Shown here: positions 50,582-60,263 of the stretch, one piece after another
Layout: each line of letters begins with the position of its first letter
Position numbering within the stretch: position 1 is the first letter of the stretch
NCBI GenBank assembly: GCA_003427395.1
Contig: BFEA01000037.1
Coordinates: 2,180,085 to 2,240,347, forward strand
Length of the DNA stretch: 60,263 nt
Reading direction: 5' to 3'
From: Chara braunii
Lineage: Eukaryota > Plantae > Charophyceae
Notes under the pieces: model-generated
The model's database searches: none
What the model was told of the DNA's origin: nothing
Seen by the model: only the letters and a program-made list of their open reading frames with translations
Program-made: the position numbers and the translations under genes

Positions 50582-52449
50582 CCAAATGGGAGATGAGTCA
50601 TGCATGTGCGTGAGACTTGCTCAAATACACGCTTGAAGCTCATGAAACCAACCAAGAATGTAATGGAATATCATCATGTGAGAGATGAGCTATGCATGTG
50701 AAGGAGACTTGCATGTGTTTTTACATGCTTGAAGCTCATGAAAGCAACCAAGATTGCGATGGAACATCATCATGTGAGNNNNNNNNNNNNNNNNNNNNNN
50801 NNNNNNNNNNNNNNNNNNNNNNNNNNNNNNNNNNNNNNNNNNNNNNNNNNNNNNNNNNNNNNNNNNNNNNNNNNNNNNNNNNNNNNNNNNNNNNNNNNNN
50901 NNNNNNNNNNNNNNNNNNNNNNNNNNNNNNNNNNNNNNNNNNNNNNNNNNNNNNNNNNNNNNNNNNNNNNNNNNNNNNNNNNNNNNNNNNNNNNNNNNNN
51001 NNNNNNNNNNNNNNNNNNNNNNNNNNNNNNNNNNNNNNNNNNNNNNNNNNNNNNNNNNNNNNNNNNNNNNNNNNNNNNNNNNNNNNNNNNNNNNNNNNNN
51101 NNNNNNNNNNNNNNNNNNNNNNNNNNNNNNNNNNNNNNNNNNNNNNNNNNNNNNNNNNNNNNNNNNNNNNNNNNNNNNNNNNNNNNNNNNNNNNNNNNNN
51201 NNNNNNNNNNNNNNNNNNNNNNNNNNNNNNNNNNNNNNNNNNNNNNNNNNNNNNNNNNNNNNNNNNNNNNNNNNNNNNNNNNNNNNNNNNNNNNNNNNNN
51301 NNNNNNNNNNNNNNNNNNNNNNNNNNNNNNNNNNNNNNNNNNNNNNNNNNNNNNNNNNNNNNNNNNNNNNNNNNNNNNNNNNNNNNNNNNNNNNNNNNNN
51401 NNNNNNNNNNNNNNNNNNNNNNNNNNNNNNNNNNNNNNNNNNNNNNNNNNNNNNNNNNTCACATGGGAGAGGAGAAATGGACTGAACAAGAGAAAATCAT
51501 AATCAAAACACCAGATTAAGCATAGACAAGTGTTGCGATTTGCTCCTAAGTGACGAAGTGGAGAGAAAGTGAGAAAAGAGTGAGTGCAACTCACTCAGAT
51601 TCATGAATTCACAAGGGGGGAAGTGGCGATTCACATGGGAGAGGAGAAATTGACTAAACAAGGGGCAATCATCATCAAAACACTAGATTAAGTATGAACA
51701 AGTGTTGCGATTTACTCCCAAGTGAAGAAGTGGAGAGAGAGTGCGAAAAAAGTGGCTGCAACTCACTCAAATGCATGAATTCACAGGGGGGAAGTGACGC
51801 CTTACATGGAGAGGAGAAATGGGCTAAAAAAAAGGCAAGCATCATTAAAATACTAGATTAAGCATGGACAAGTGTTGCGATTTGCTCCTAAGTGAAGAAG
51901 TGGAGAGAGAGTGAGAAAAGAGTGAGTGCAACTCACTCAAATGCGTGAATTCACAACGGGGGAAGTGAAGCTTCACATGGGAGAGAAGAAATGGACTAAA
52001 CAGAGGTAATCATCATCAAAACACTAGATTAAGCATAGATTAGTGTTGCAGTTTGCTCCTAAGTGAAGTAGTGCAGAGAAAGTGAGAAAAGAGTAAGTGC
52101 AACTCACTCAAATGCATGAATTCACAAGGGGGGAAGTGACGATTCGCATGGGAGAGGAGAAATGAACTACACAAGAGGCAATCATCATCAAAACACTAGA
52201 TTAAGCATAGACAAGTGTTGTGATTTGCTCCTAAGTGAAGCAGTGGAGAGAAAGTGAGAAAAGAGTGAGTGCAACTCACCCAAATGCATGAATTCGCAAG
52301 GGGGGAAGTGGCGATTCACATGGGAGTGGAGAAAGAGTCCATGGGGAGACCATCACTCGTGAAAAGGCTTCCTATCATCTACTCTAAACTTCGGAAGGTT
52401 CCTATGGAGAGAGACAATAAAGAGGAGAGAAAGGAAGTGTAGAAGAGAG
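50582..52449 (+). repeat. Composite satellite block 1: ~92-bp units, gap, ~172-bp units, unique tail
   Basis: GAGATGAGTCATGCA at 92-nt spacing. CACATGGGAGAGGAGAAAT-type motif at 51460, 51632, 51803, 51974, 52145, 52317. Confidence 0.9.
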
Positions 52450-52665
52450 TCCGTTTGCAACTGACTGGTCGGGTCTCGACCCCACTCATTTGCAACTGAC
52501 TCGGCTTGCCTGCACGTCGCCCCTTCTTCCCGCCTTCCTCATGTGTGCGATCCTTCTTCCCGCCTTCCTCATTATTCTGACGGGTTGCCTTACGCTCCCC
52601 CTATCCCCGAGTTCCACTCACACGTCTACCCTTTTCATTTTCATTTCCGCCCGCTGACACGAGGC

Positions 52666-53500
52666 TCATACAACCTCTCTTTCTGCCATCCTAAACAACT
52701 CGTCCGGCGTGGTCCCTAGTACCAAGTCTATGACCATTGCGTTCTCCCCATCCTGTGACAAGTAGACCCATCCTCGGACTTCCACTGTCACTCGGAATTC
52801 CAAATCTATTAAGCTTGGCGACAACCTTGTCAAACTGACTTTAGTCCATATCATTCCTATCCAAAGGAACGTGTCCTTCTCGTCAAACATTACAGTTTGT
52901 TAGGCTGGTTCTAGATTTGTCCACGTTCCTTCTTCCAGGAGGACGTCCGATACCCCATCCTTTACATCTACCAGTATTTCCGGGCCGCTGGAATAGATTG
53001 GGGATGACAGCCACCACACCATCTTGTTTTTCCAGCACCCGATTCCTTGCCTCACACGCAGTGGTCCCCCTTCGCCAACCGATAAGCTAAAGCCCCGCCT
53101 GAGGAGACGTTTCGCATCCCGCCTGGGCAAGGTGTCGAGCCATGCTCGGTCTGCCCGGGAGAGAGTGCTACTAATCAACCGACGAGACCAACTCCTGTCC
53201 GACAGCTCGGTGGTTCGACCTCCGCATATGAGACCCGGCGGCACTACAAAAGAACGACGTTTCACCAACCCTCACCAGCTGGTGCAGACCCATCCTTTCC
53301 TTCCGAAAGGCAGGACGCTCAGTTCCCTTTATGCAGATCACAAGTCCCAAGTGGGACACACATAGTACAAGTGTCTTCCCCTTGGTGCACCTAGCGCTTC
53401 CTACCCATAACTCACGGTTCTCTCTCAGGACCGTGAGTGTCACTTCCCTTACGTCTATACACAGTGGTTTGTTCCTTTTCGTGAGCGTCTTCGAGGGTGA
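52666..53500 (-). pseudogene. Possible decayed TE-derived coding fragment, unidentified
   Basis: Adjacent minus-strand ORF fragments 52666-52890, 52900-53268, 53171-53443. No diagnostic motif. Confidence 0.3.
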
Positions 53501-55222
53501 GCTAGTTTTCTTAGGAGTCTAGCAACTCCCTTCATTTCCCTCATCTTCATTTGTCTGTCCTTTCGTAGGGTAGGATTGTTCCTTTTTGATAACCCTTCAT
53601 ATTCATGCAGGTTCCTTCAAGCACTTTCAAGTGTATAGTGCATGAGTCCGCTGGGCTCAAAAGAAGTAGAGAGAAGGGCACCCAATCGGCCGGATCACTC
53701 CGCCGCGGGATTTTCATTGGACCCCGTTTGAAGTCGAAGCGCCAACCGCCTGTCAGGTAACCGGAGCCCTTCTTTCATACGAAGAGGAAAGGTTGACCTG
53801 CGACTTGCCCGAGGCTCCTCCGGACTGGCGAACACCAGCACCAGAAGAGGGGGGCTAGAACCACTCCACAAAGGAGTAAGCTGATCAAGTGTGTAACATG
53901 CATGTTATACCTCCAGGCCTGACCATGCCATGCGTTCAGCCACTCTCAAATTTAATTCTCTCAAAGGGAAGAGCAAGCCCAAGTCCAACTTCTTTCTCTT
54001 TGGTTGTGTACATGGTTATGCATAGGGCGCCCCCTTCGGAATCGCATGGGTCAGTTTAACCCAATACCCGACACCTCCACCATTTTTGTAGGGCCATACC
54101 CCGATAGACTTTCGAGCCTTGGTCGACCCCACTGCGGGTCCCAGTTGGCTCGGCCCGCCCACAATCATGCTCAGGGCGCGGGCCGTTCGTCCCAGGGTTA
54201 CCCCCACCTAGTGCTTTGAGATGGATGGGGGTGGGTCATCGAGCGAGAGAGCTTTGACATTGGGGATGTAGCTCAGCCCTCGCGTCGGGTGGCAGTCTCG
54301 CTGGTCATTCCGCAAACGCTGATTTTCTTTTGATTTTCGGTTGTGTTTTCAAGCAAATGCTCCTTTCAATACGCAAGCAGTTCAGGGGTTCTTTGAGAGT
54401 TTTTCTTCTTTTGTGCGTAGGCTAAGCGTCATCCTTAGACCACGCACCATTTCCCTAAACACAGCATTCCTATGGCGTCATCGGGGTGTGGCAATTTTGT
54501 CTTTCCCCTCGCCGCAACACACTCCTCGTGTCGCATGTATTCCTATGGGAGCAAGCCCCTTAGTCTTTTCGGGGCCCTCATATGCATGCACATGCCACTT
54601 CACATTTCGTTCGGCAAGAGTCTCACTCCTCTTTTTCATTCACCCTCCAAACCTCATGCACAATGGTTTCTTTCATGAGTCGATTTTAGACTAAGGGTCC
54701 CATACCCCCTTTGCCCCCTCTTCCCTTTTCCTTTGCCGCCCGGTTTCTCCCGGCCCGGTCCCGCTCGAGGCATCCCAAGGCTTTACTCACTTGCACAATC
54801 TCACACAAAGGCAAAGACCGATACAATCCCCTATTGGGGTCAACACAACCCTTCCCGCATGCCTAACTTTCTTTTTTCTTTGGCTTCTCTTTATTCTCCT
54901 TCCTTAACTCAATCAGTCCATCCTCTTCTCATAGTCATGCAGTCGGGGAAATGGTTGAGTCAAACTAACCTTTCTTTAAGTACCGACTTGGTCTAGTCCT
55001 TTTTCCGGACTCGACTCCTCTCAATTGCTCCCGTGTCCTTTCCTTTTTCTTCTTGGCGGCACAAGGGACCGGCAGCCCCCCCCCCCCCCCCCCCTTGCCC
55101 ACTTACTCCGCCAAGCGAGGACAAATTTTTTTCACCGTTCGTTCCCTGACAATGTAACAAGTGAGTGCTGAAGGTTTAGTTATATGCCAAGTGGTAGAAG
55201 GGGGAAAGGGTAAGCTAAAAAG

Positions 55223-55278
<56 letters not shown>

Positions 55279-55479
55279 AGGAGAGAAAGAGAGAGAGAGA
55301 GAGAGGAGGAGAGGGAGAGAGAGAGAAGGAAAGAGGGGGAAGGAGAGAGAGAGCGCCTAATCCTAATCAAATCAACCCCTACTCGTCCTACCGTCTTTAT
55401 CTATGGTCCCCTTTCTATACCTTGCTTCCTTCATACCCCGTAGGCCGTGACCTTCGGTTGGTGAACGAGACGAAGAGGG

Positions 55480-56185
55480 AAGGGGGTTTGAGGTGGTAGG
55501 CTACGGTGGACGGATGAAGGAGACGGAAGGAGGGAGGTGGTCCGAGGTGGTTGGCTATGGTGGATGGGTGAAGGAGATGGAGGAGGGGGATGGTGTGAGG
55601 TGGATGGCTATGGTGGATGGGGTGAAGGAGATGGAGGAGGGAGATAGTGCGAGGCGGATGGCTATGGTGGACAGGTGAAGAAGATGGAGGTGGGAGATGG
55701 AATGCGGTGCTTGGCTATGGTGGATGGGTGACGAAGATGGAGGAGACGAATGGGGTGAGGTGATTTGGCTATGGTGGATGGGTGAAGGAGATGGAGGAGA
55801 GGGATGGAGTGAGGTGCTTGGCTATGGCGGATTGGTGAAAAAGACGGAGGAGAGGGATGGGGTGAGGTGATTGGCTATGGTGGATGGGTGAAGAAGATGA
55901 AGATGGGATATGGGGTGAGGTGTTTGGCTTTGGTGGATGGGTGACGAAGATGGAGGAGAGGAATGGGGTGAGGTGATTTGGCTATGGTGGATGGGTGAAG
56001 GAGATGGAGGAGGGAGATGGAGTGAGGTGCTTGGCTATGGCGGATGGGTGAAGAAGACGAAGGAGAGGGATGAGGTGAGGTGATTGGCTATGGTGGATGG
56101 GTGAAGAAGATAAAGGTGGGAGATGGGGCGAGGTGCTTGGCTATGGTGGATAGGTGAAGAAGACGGAGGAGAGGGATGGTGCGGG
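55480..56185 (+). repeat. ~53-bp purine-rich minisatellite with ~213-bp higher-order repeat
   Basis: GGCTATGGTGGATGGGTGAAG units. The variant series repeats at 55731 and 55944. Confidence 0.9.
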
Positions 56186-57025
56186 GTGCTCAATCCTTCA
56201 TCCTACTTCAAACGTCCGACTTTGCCCCTAGGCTCCCTTCCTTTGCCCTTGACTTCAAAAACTGAAAAACACACAGCAATAGTCCTACAGCAGATATGCA
56301 GCAAGCACAAATTTTGCACAGAAACTCAGATTTCAGAAAGACGCAGTTCTTGCAGATCTCCATATCAGCAGATTTTATTGCTTTTGCCATTTTGCCTAAG
56401 GTGAGGAGCCAAAAAACACAGGCTTGCATTTCCCAACCTAAACAATGTCAGAATTAGTCGAATTTTGGTGGGCTCTCTGTCTGTGCCCTAGGGAAGCATC
56501 CTAGCTAGTTTCGTGGGATTCCGTCGCCGTTTTCCCCTACTTGCTGTTTTCGGGCGTCGTCCAGGCCCTGAGGCGAACTGTTCGGTAAAGTCTCGTTTCC
56601 GTTTTTGCAGGAAAATGGACTCAGATGACCTGCAGATTCGGCAGGTCATCTGTCTATACCTAGGATATGAGGTATGAGAAATCCCAGCCCTCATACCCTT
56701 GGTTTGGTGGAACTTGACCAGAGTGCCCCCCGGAGGCATTCGCCCCTTAGTCCCGTTTTCGGACCGGTCCATGCCCCGGCGGCTGGTCGTTGATTTCCCA
56801 GCGGCAGCAGTCTGAACAAGGGACTTAGTCAGTCATCAGGAAAACACAGCATCATTGTAATACACAGCAACATCACCAACAACAATCCTACCAATGAAAA
56901 CAGTCATTTTGCTTGCTTTCTACTTACCGCGTTTGATTAGAACACGGGGGGGTCTCGATGGGGCATGTGTGTGCCAAGCCCACCAGCCAAGGATGAATCA
57001 GTCTACCACAACGGAAGAGGGTGGC

Positions 57026-58340
57026 TAGTGAGAACATGTGCACATGAGTAGTTTGAGCAGCCAAGTGTGAAGCGAACCATTATCACAGGCATGAACTTGA
57101 CAAAGCGAAGGTGTGAGTAGTGGGAACACATATACATAGGTAGTAGGACAACCAAGTGTGAATCGAAACACTACCAAAGGCATGAACTTGACAAAGCGAG
57201 GGTGCGAGTCATGAGAGCACATGCACATGAGTATTAGAACAGCCAAGTGTGAATCGGCGTACTATCAAATGTATGAACTTGACAAAATGAGGGTGCGGGT
57301 AGTGAGAACATATGCACACAAGTAGTAGAACATCCATGTGTGAATCGGAGCACTACCAATTGTATGAACTTGACAAAATGAGGATAAAACTAGTGCGAAC
57401 GCATGCACACAAGTAGTAGAACAACCAAGTGTGAATCAGAACACTACCAAATGCATGAACTTGGCAAAATGAGGATGAAACTAGTGAGAACACATGTACA
57501 CAAGTAGTAGAATAACCAAGTGTGAATCGGAACACTACCAAATGCGTGAACTTGACAAAATGAGGACGGAACTAGTAGGAGCACATGCACATAAGTGGTA
57601 GAACAGCCAAGTGTTAATCGGAACACTACCAAATGCATGAACTTGACACAACAAGGGTGGAACTAGTGATAACACATACACACAAGTAATAGAACAGCCA
57701 AGTGTGAATCGGAACACTACCAAATGCATAAACTTAACAAGATGAGGGTGGAACTAGTAAGAACACATGCACATAAGTAGTAGATCATCCAAGTGTGAAT
57801 CAGAACCCTACCAAATGCATGAACTTGACAAGATGAGGGTGGAACTAGTGAGAACACATGCACATAAGTGGTAAAACAGCCAAGTATGAATCGGAACACT
57901 ATCAAATGCATGAACTTGAGAAAACGAGGGTGGAACTGGTGATAACACATGCACACAAGTAGTAAAACAGCCAAGTGTGAATCGGGATACTGCCAAATGC
58001 ATGAACTTGACAAAATGAGGATGGAACTAGCAGTAGATCAGCCCAGTGTGAATCGGAACACTACTAAATGCATGAACTTGACAAAATCAGAATGGAACTA
58101 GTGAAAATCCATGCACACAAGTAGTAGAACAGCCAAGTGTGAATCGGAACACTACCAAATGCATGAACTTGACAAAATGAGGGAGGAACTAGCGAGAGCA
58201 CATGCACATAAGTAGTAGATCAGCCAAGTGTGAATCAGAATACTACCAAATGCATGAACTTGACAAAATGAGGGTGGAACTAGCGAGAACATATGCACAC
58301 AAGTAATAGGACAGCCAAGTGTGAATCGGAACACTACCAA
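57026..58340 (+). repeat. 91-bp tandem satellite (~14 units)
   Basis: CTACCAAATGCATGAACTTGACAAAATGAGGGTGGAACTAGTGAG... e.g. 57444, 57535, 57626. Confidence 0.93.
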
Positions 58341-59499
58341 ATGGGAGATGAGTCATGCAAGCGAGTGAGACTTGCTCAAACACATGCTTGAAGCTCATGA
58401 AGGCAACCAAGAAGGAAACGGAATGTCATTATGTGAGAGATGAGTCATGCATATGAGTGAGACTTGCTCAAACACATGTTTGAAGCTCATGAAGGCAACC
58501 AAGAATGAAACGGAATGCCATCATGTGAGAAAATTGAACAAAGTAGGTGAAAGGAACCATCAAAACACTAGAACAAGCATGGACAAAAGTTGCGATTTGT
58601 TCCTTAGTGAAATAGAGAGAACGCGGGTAAAGAGTGAGTGAAACTCACTCAAATGCATGAAATCACAATGGGGAAAGTGGCGCTTCACATGGGAGAGGAG
58701 AAATGGACTAAACAAGAGGCAATCATCATCAAAACACTAGATTAAGCATAGACAAGTGTTGCGATTTCCTCCTAAGTGAAGAAGTGGAGAGAAAGTAGTG
58801 GGTGCAACTCACTCAAAGGGATGAATTCACAAGGGGGGAAGTGGCGCTTCACATGGGAGAGGAAAAATGGGTTAAACAAAAGGCAAACATCATCAAAGCA
58901 CTAGATTAAGCATAGACAAGTGTTGCGATTTGCTTCTAAGTGAAAAAGTGGAGAGAAAGTGAGAAAAGAGTGATTGCAACTCACTCAAATGCGTGAATTC
59001 ACAAGGGGGGAAGAGGCGTTTCACATGGGAGAGGAGAAATGGGCTAAACAAGAGGCAATCATCATCAAAACACTAGATTAAGAATAAACAAGTGTTGCGA
59101 TTTGCTCCTAAGTGAAAAAGTGGAGAGAAAGTGAGAAAAGAGTGAGTGCAACTCACTCAAATGCATGAATTCATGAGGGGGGAAGTGGTGATTCACATGT
59201 GAGAGGAGAAATGGACTAAACAAGAGGGAATCATCATCAAAACACTAGATTAAGCATAGACAAGTGTTGCAATTTGCTCCTAAGTGAATAAGTGAAGAGA
59301 AAGTGGAAAAAAAAATGAATGCAACTCACGCAAATGCATGAATTCACAAAGGGGGAAGTGGCGATTCACATGGGAGTGGAGAAAGAGTCCATGGGGAGAC
59401 CATCACTAGTGAAAAGGTTTCCTATCATCTACTCTAAACTTTGCAAGGTTCCTATGGAGAGAGACAATGAAGAGGAGAGAAATGGAGTGTAGAGGAGAG
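58337..59499 (+). repeat. Composite satellite block 2 (direct repeat of block 1)
   Basis: Same ~92-bp then ~172-bp units and the same tail (CATGGGGAGACCATCACT...GGTTCCTATGGAGAGAGACAAT). Confidence 0.9.
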
Positions 59500-60175
59500 A
59501 CCATTGGAGGGGTCCGCGAAGGAAGATGAGAGGGGGGAGTTGAAGAAGAAGAGGAAGAAGAAGAAGGAGAAGAAGATGGAGAGGAAGAAGAAGAAGAATT
59601 GAATTGAATTGAAAAAGCGAGGCCAATCGCTATGCGTTCGTGTCTCGATGATGTCAATGAAGCACCTACACGGACTATCAGCTCTACGGGCACATTCCCC
59701 GACGCGTTTCATCTGGCTGCGCTGTTGGGGCAAACACCCTGACAAGGGTATTTGCCGGGGGTTTTCAACGTCGGACGCTGTCCGACTCTTTCGTTGAATT
59801 GACGGACTTGATGAGACTAACGTTGTCAAAAAAAAATTCAGACCTGACCTATGACTGAGAAACTAAAAATTTTAAACCCTAGTTCGGACGTCGGCGGCAT
59901 CCGAGAGTGATGGCTGTACTCGGCAGTGCTTCGTTTCTGTCGAGGCTATAGAGGCGTGCGGATGTGGGAGTGCTACGACTTGACCTATTGTACCTAAAAT
60001 AGCAGCCGCGCGATTCAGGGCCTGAGTAGGCTAAAAGGAATGGACACGCCAGGAATAGGCCCGTGACGCAGGGGAAATGGGTTGCCAAATGTTTTTTCTT
60101 ATTATTACAAGTGGACCCCATCACGGCTACGCCGCGGCGCACAACAACACTCGCTGATGGCGTTTTTTTTCTGTT

Positions 60176-60178
<3 letters not shown>

Positions 60179-60263
<85 letters not shown>
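60179..60263 (+). repeat. (CT)n microsatellite; others include (CA)n 7023-7067 and 26860-26929, (TA)n ~9030-9130, (GT)n ~29500-29560, (ATT)n ~32623-32690, (AG)n ~55227-55274
   Basis: Direct inspection. Confidence 0.95.

Overview
Eukaryotic, repeat-saturated, host-gene-free window. The repeat style and element type resemble a streptophyte alga such as Chara; this is an inference and was not verified. It is a nest of three related Ty3/Gypsy-type LTR retroelements. Element 1 (minus strand, <1-28481) has giant LTRs (5' LTR 17859-28481, ~10.6 kb including an N-gap; 3' LTR <1-8601), a tRNA-Asp PBS, two tandem paralogous accessory ORFs upstream of gag, and a decayed gag-PR-RT-IN. Element 1 appears to sit inside the >7 kb 5' LTR of element 2 (plus strand, 28482-43412), which has the same layout but lacks RT/RNase H. 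Element 2 is cut in its 3' region by a third LTR (minus, 43413 to ~49680). Satellite blocks follow (~91, ~92, ~172 and ~53 bp units). The most notable features are in the LTRs: (i) arrays of a ~41-nt bulged hairpin separated by variable ~14-23-nt linkers, with compensatory base changes and G-U pairs that fix the RNA strand; (ii) tRNA-derived Pol III-like cassettes near the LTR 5' end, one followed by a U6 snRNA-derived segment; (iii) candidate splice acceptors in front of the accessory ORFs and gag. Together these suggest a complex-retrovirus-like retrotransposon lineage with RNA cis-arrays and accessory proteins. Coordinates were read by eye; boundaries of decayed ORFs are approximate.
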